NCBI RefSeq assembly: GCF_001194135.2
Contig: NC_068987.1
Location: 58,903,644-58,967,643 of the forward strand
Direction: 5' to 3'
DNA: 64,000 bases
From: Octopus bimaculoides
Lineage: Eukaryota
Below the pieces are notes generated by a model. It ran no database searches, was not told the origin of the DNA, and was given only the letters and a program-made list of their open reading frames with translations. Below, in pieces: positions 63,823-64,000 of this stretch; positions within the stretch are counted from its first letter, which is position 1, and each line of letters begins with the position of its first letter. The position numbers were made by a program, and so were the translations under genes.

Positions 63823-64000
63823 CTGAAGATCGCAGTGTGTGAAACTCAAATCGCGAGATGAAAATTAAAAGCTATCAGTTTCAAAAGAACCATATATTTT
63901 ACAACATACATGAAGATATTCTCTTTCATTCGTTTGACAAAATTCAACATTTGCACACACACGCACACGTGTGTATTTATGTACTTAGTTTGTATGTATG

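Noticed and set aside
1-64000. CRISPR arrays, rRNA and true tRNA genes
   Set aside because: None seen; tRNA-like A/B boxes all belong to SINE heads without full cloverleafs

Overview
AT-rich, microsatellite- and SINE-dense eukaryotic scaffold with five N gaps. The repeat landscape suggests an octopus/coleoid cephalopod genome (inference). The main feature is a minus-strand classical calpain gene (CysPc-CBSW-PEF). I joined 18 exons by hand (55045 down to stop at 26338). They form one 1790-nt stop-free, phase-consistent frame with an intact Cys-His-Asn triad. Two upstream exons are likely and a start exon is speculative, but the segment encoding DPxFP/WxRP/DIxQG was not found. The gene contains a U12-type intron, 16-nt and 12-nt microexons, a duplicated and deleted 'ghost' copy of the His exon, and inverted SINE pairs around two exons. 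One intron holds a pre-miRNA-like hairpin. Another holds an antisense minimal type I hammerhead ribozyme motif with a U3:A8 core covariant. The left 26 kb is a transposon graveyard: hAT/Charlie with nested mariners, a Chapaev-type transposase, a Merlin/IS1595-like transposase, a piggyBac-type MITE, a telomeric-repeat foldback MITE with an 8-bp TSD, and a Helitron-like 3' end beside an orphan housekeeping-type promoter motif cluster. All coordinates were read by eye; repeat boundaries are approximate.
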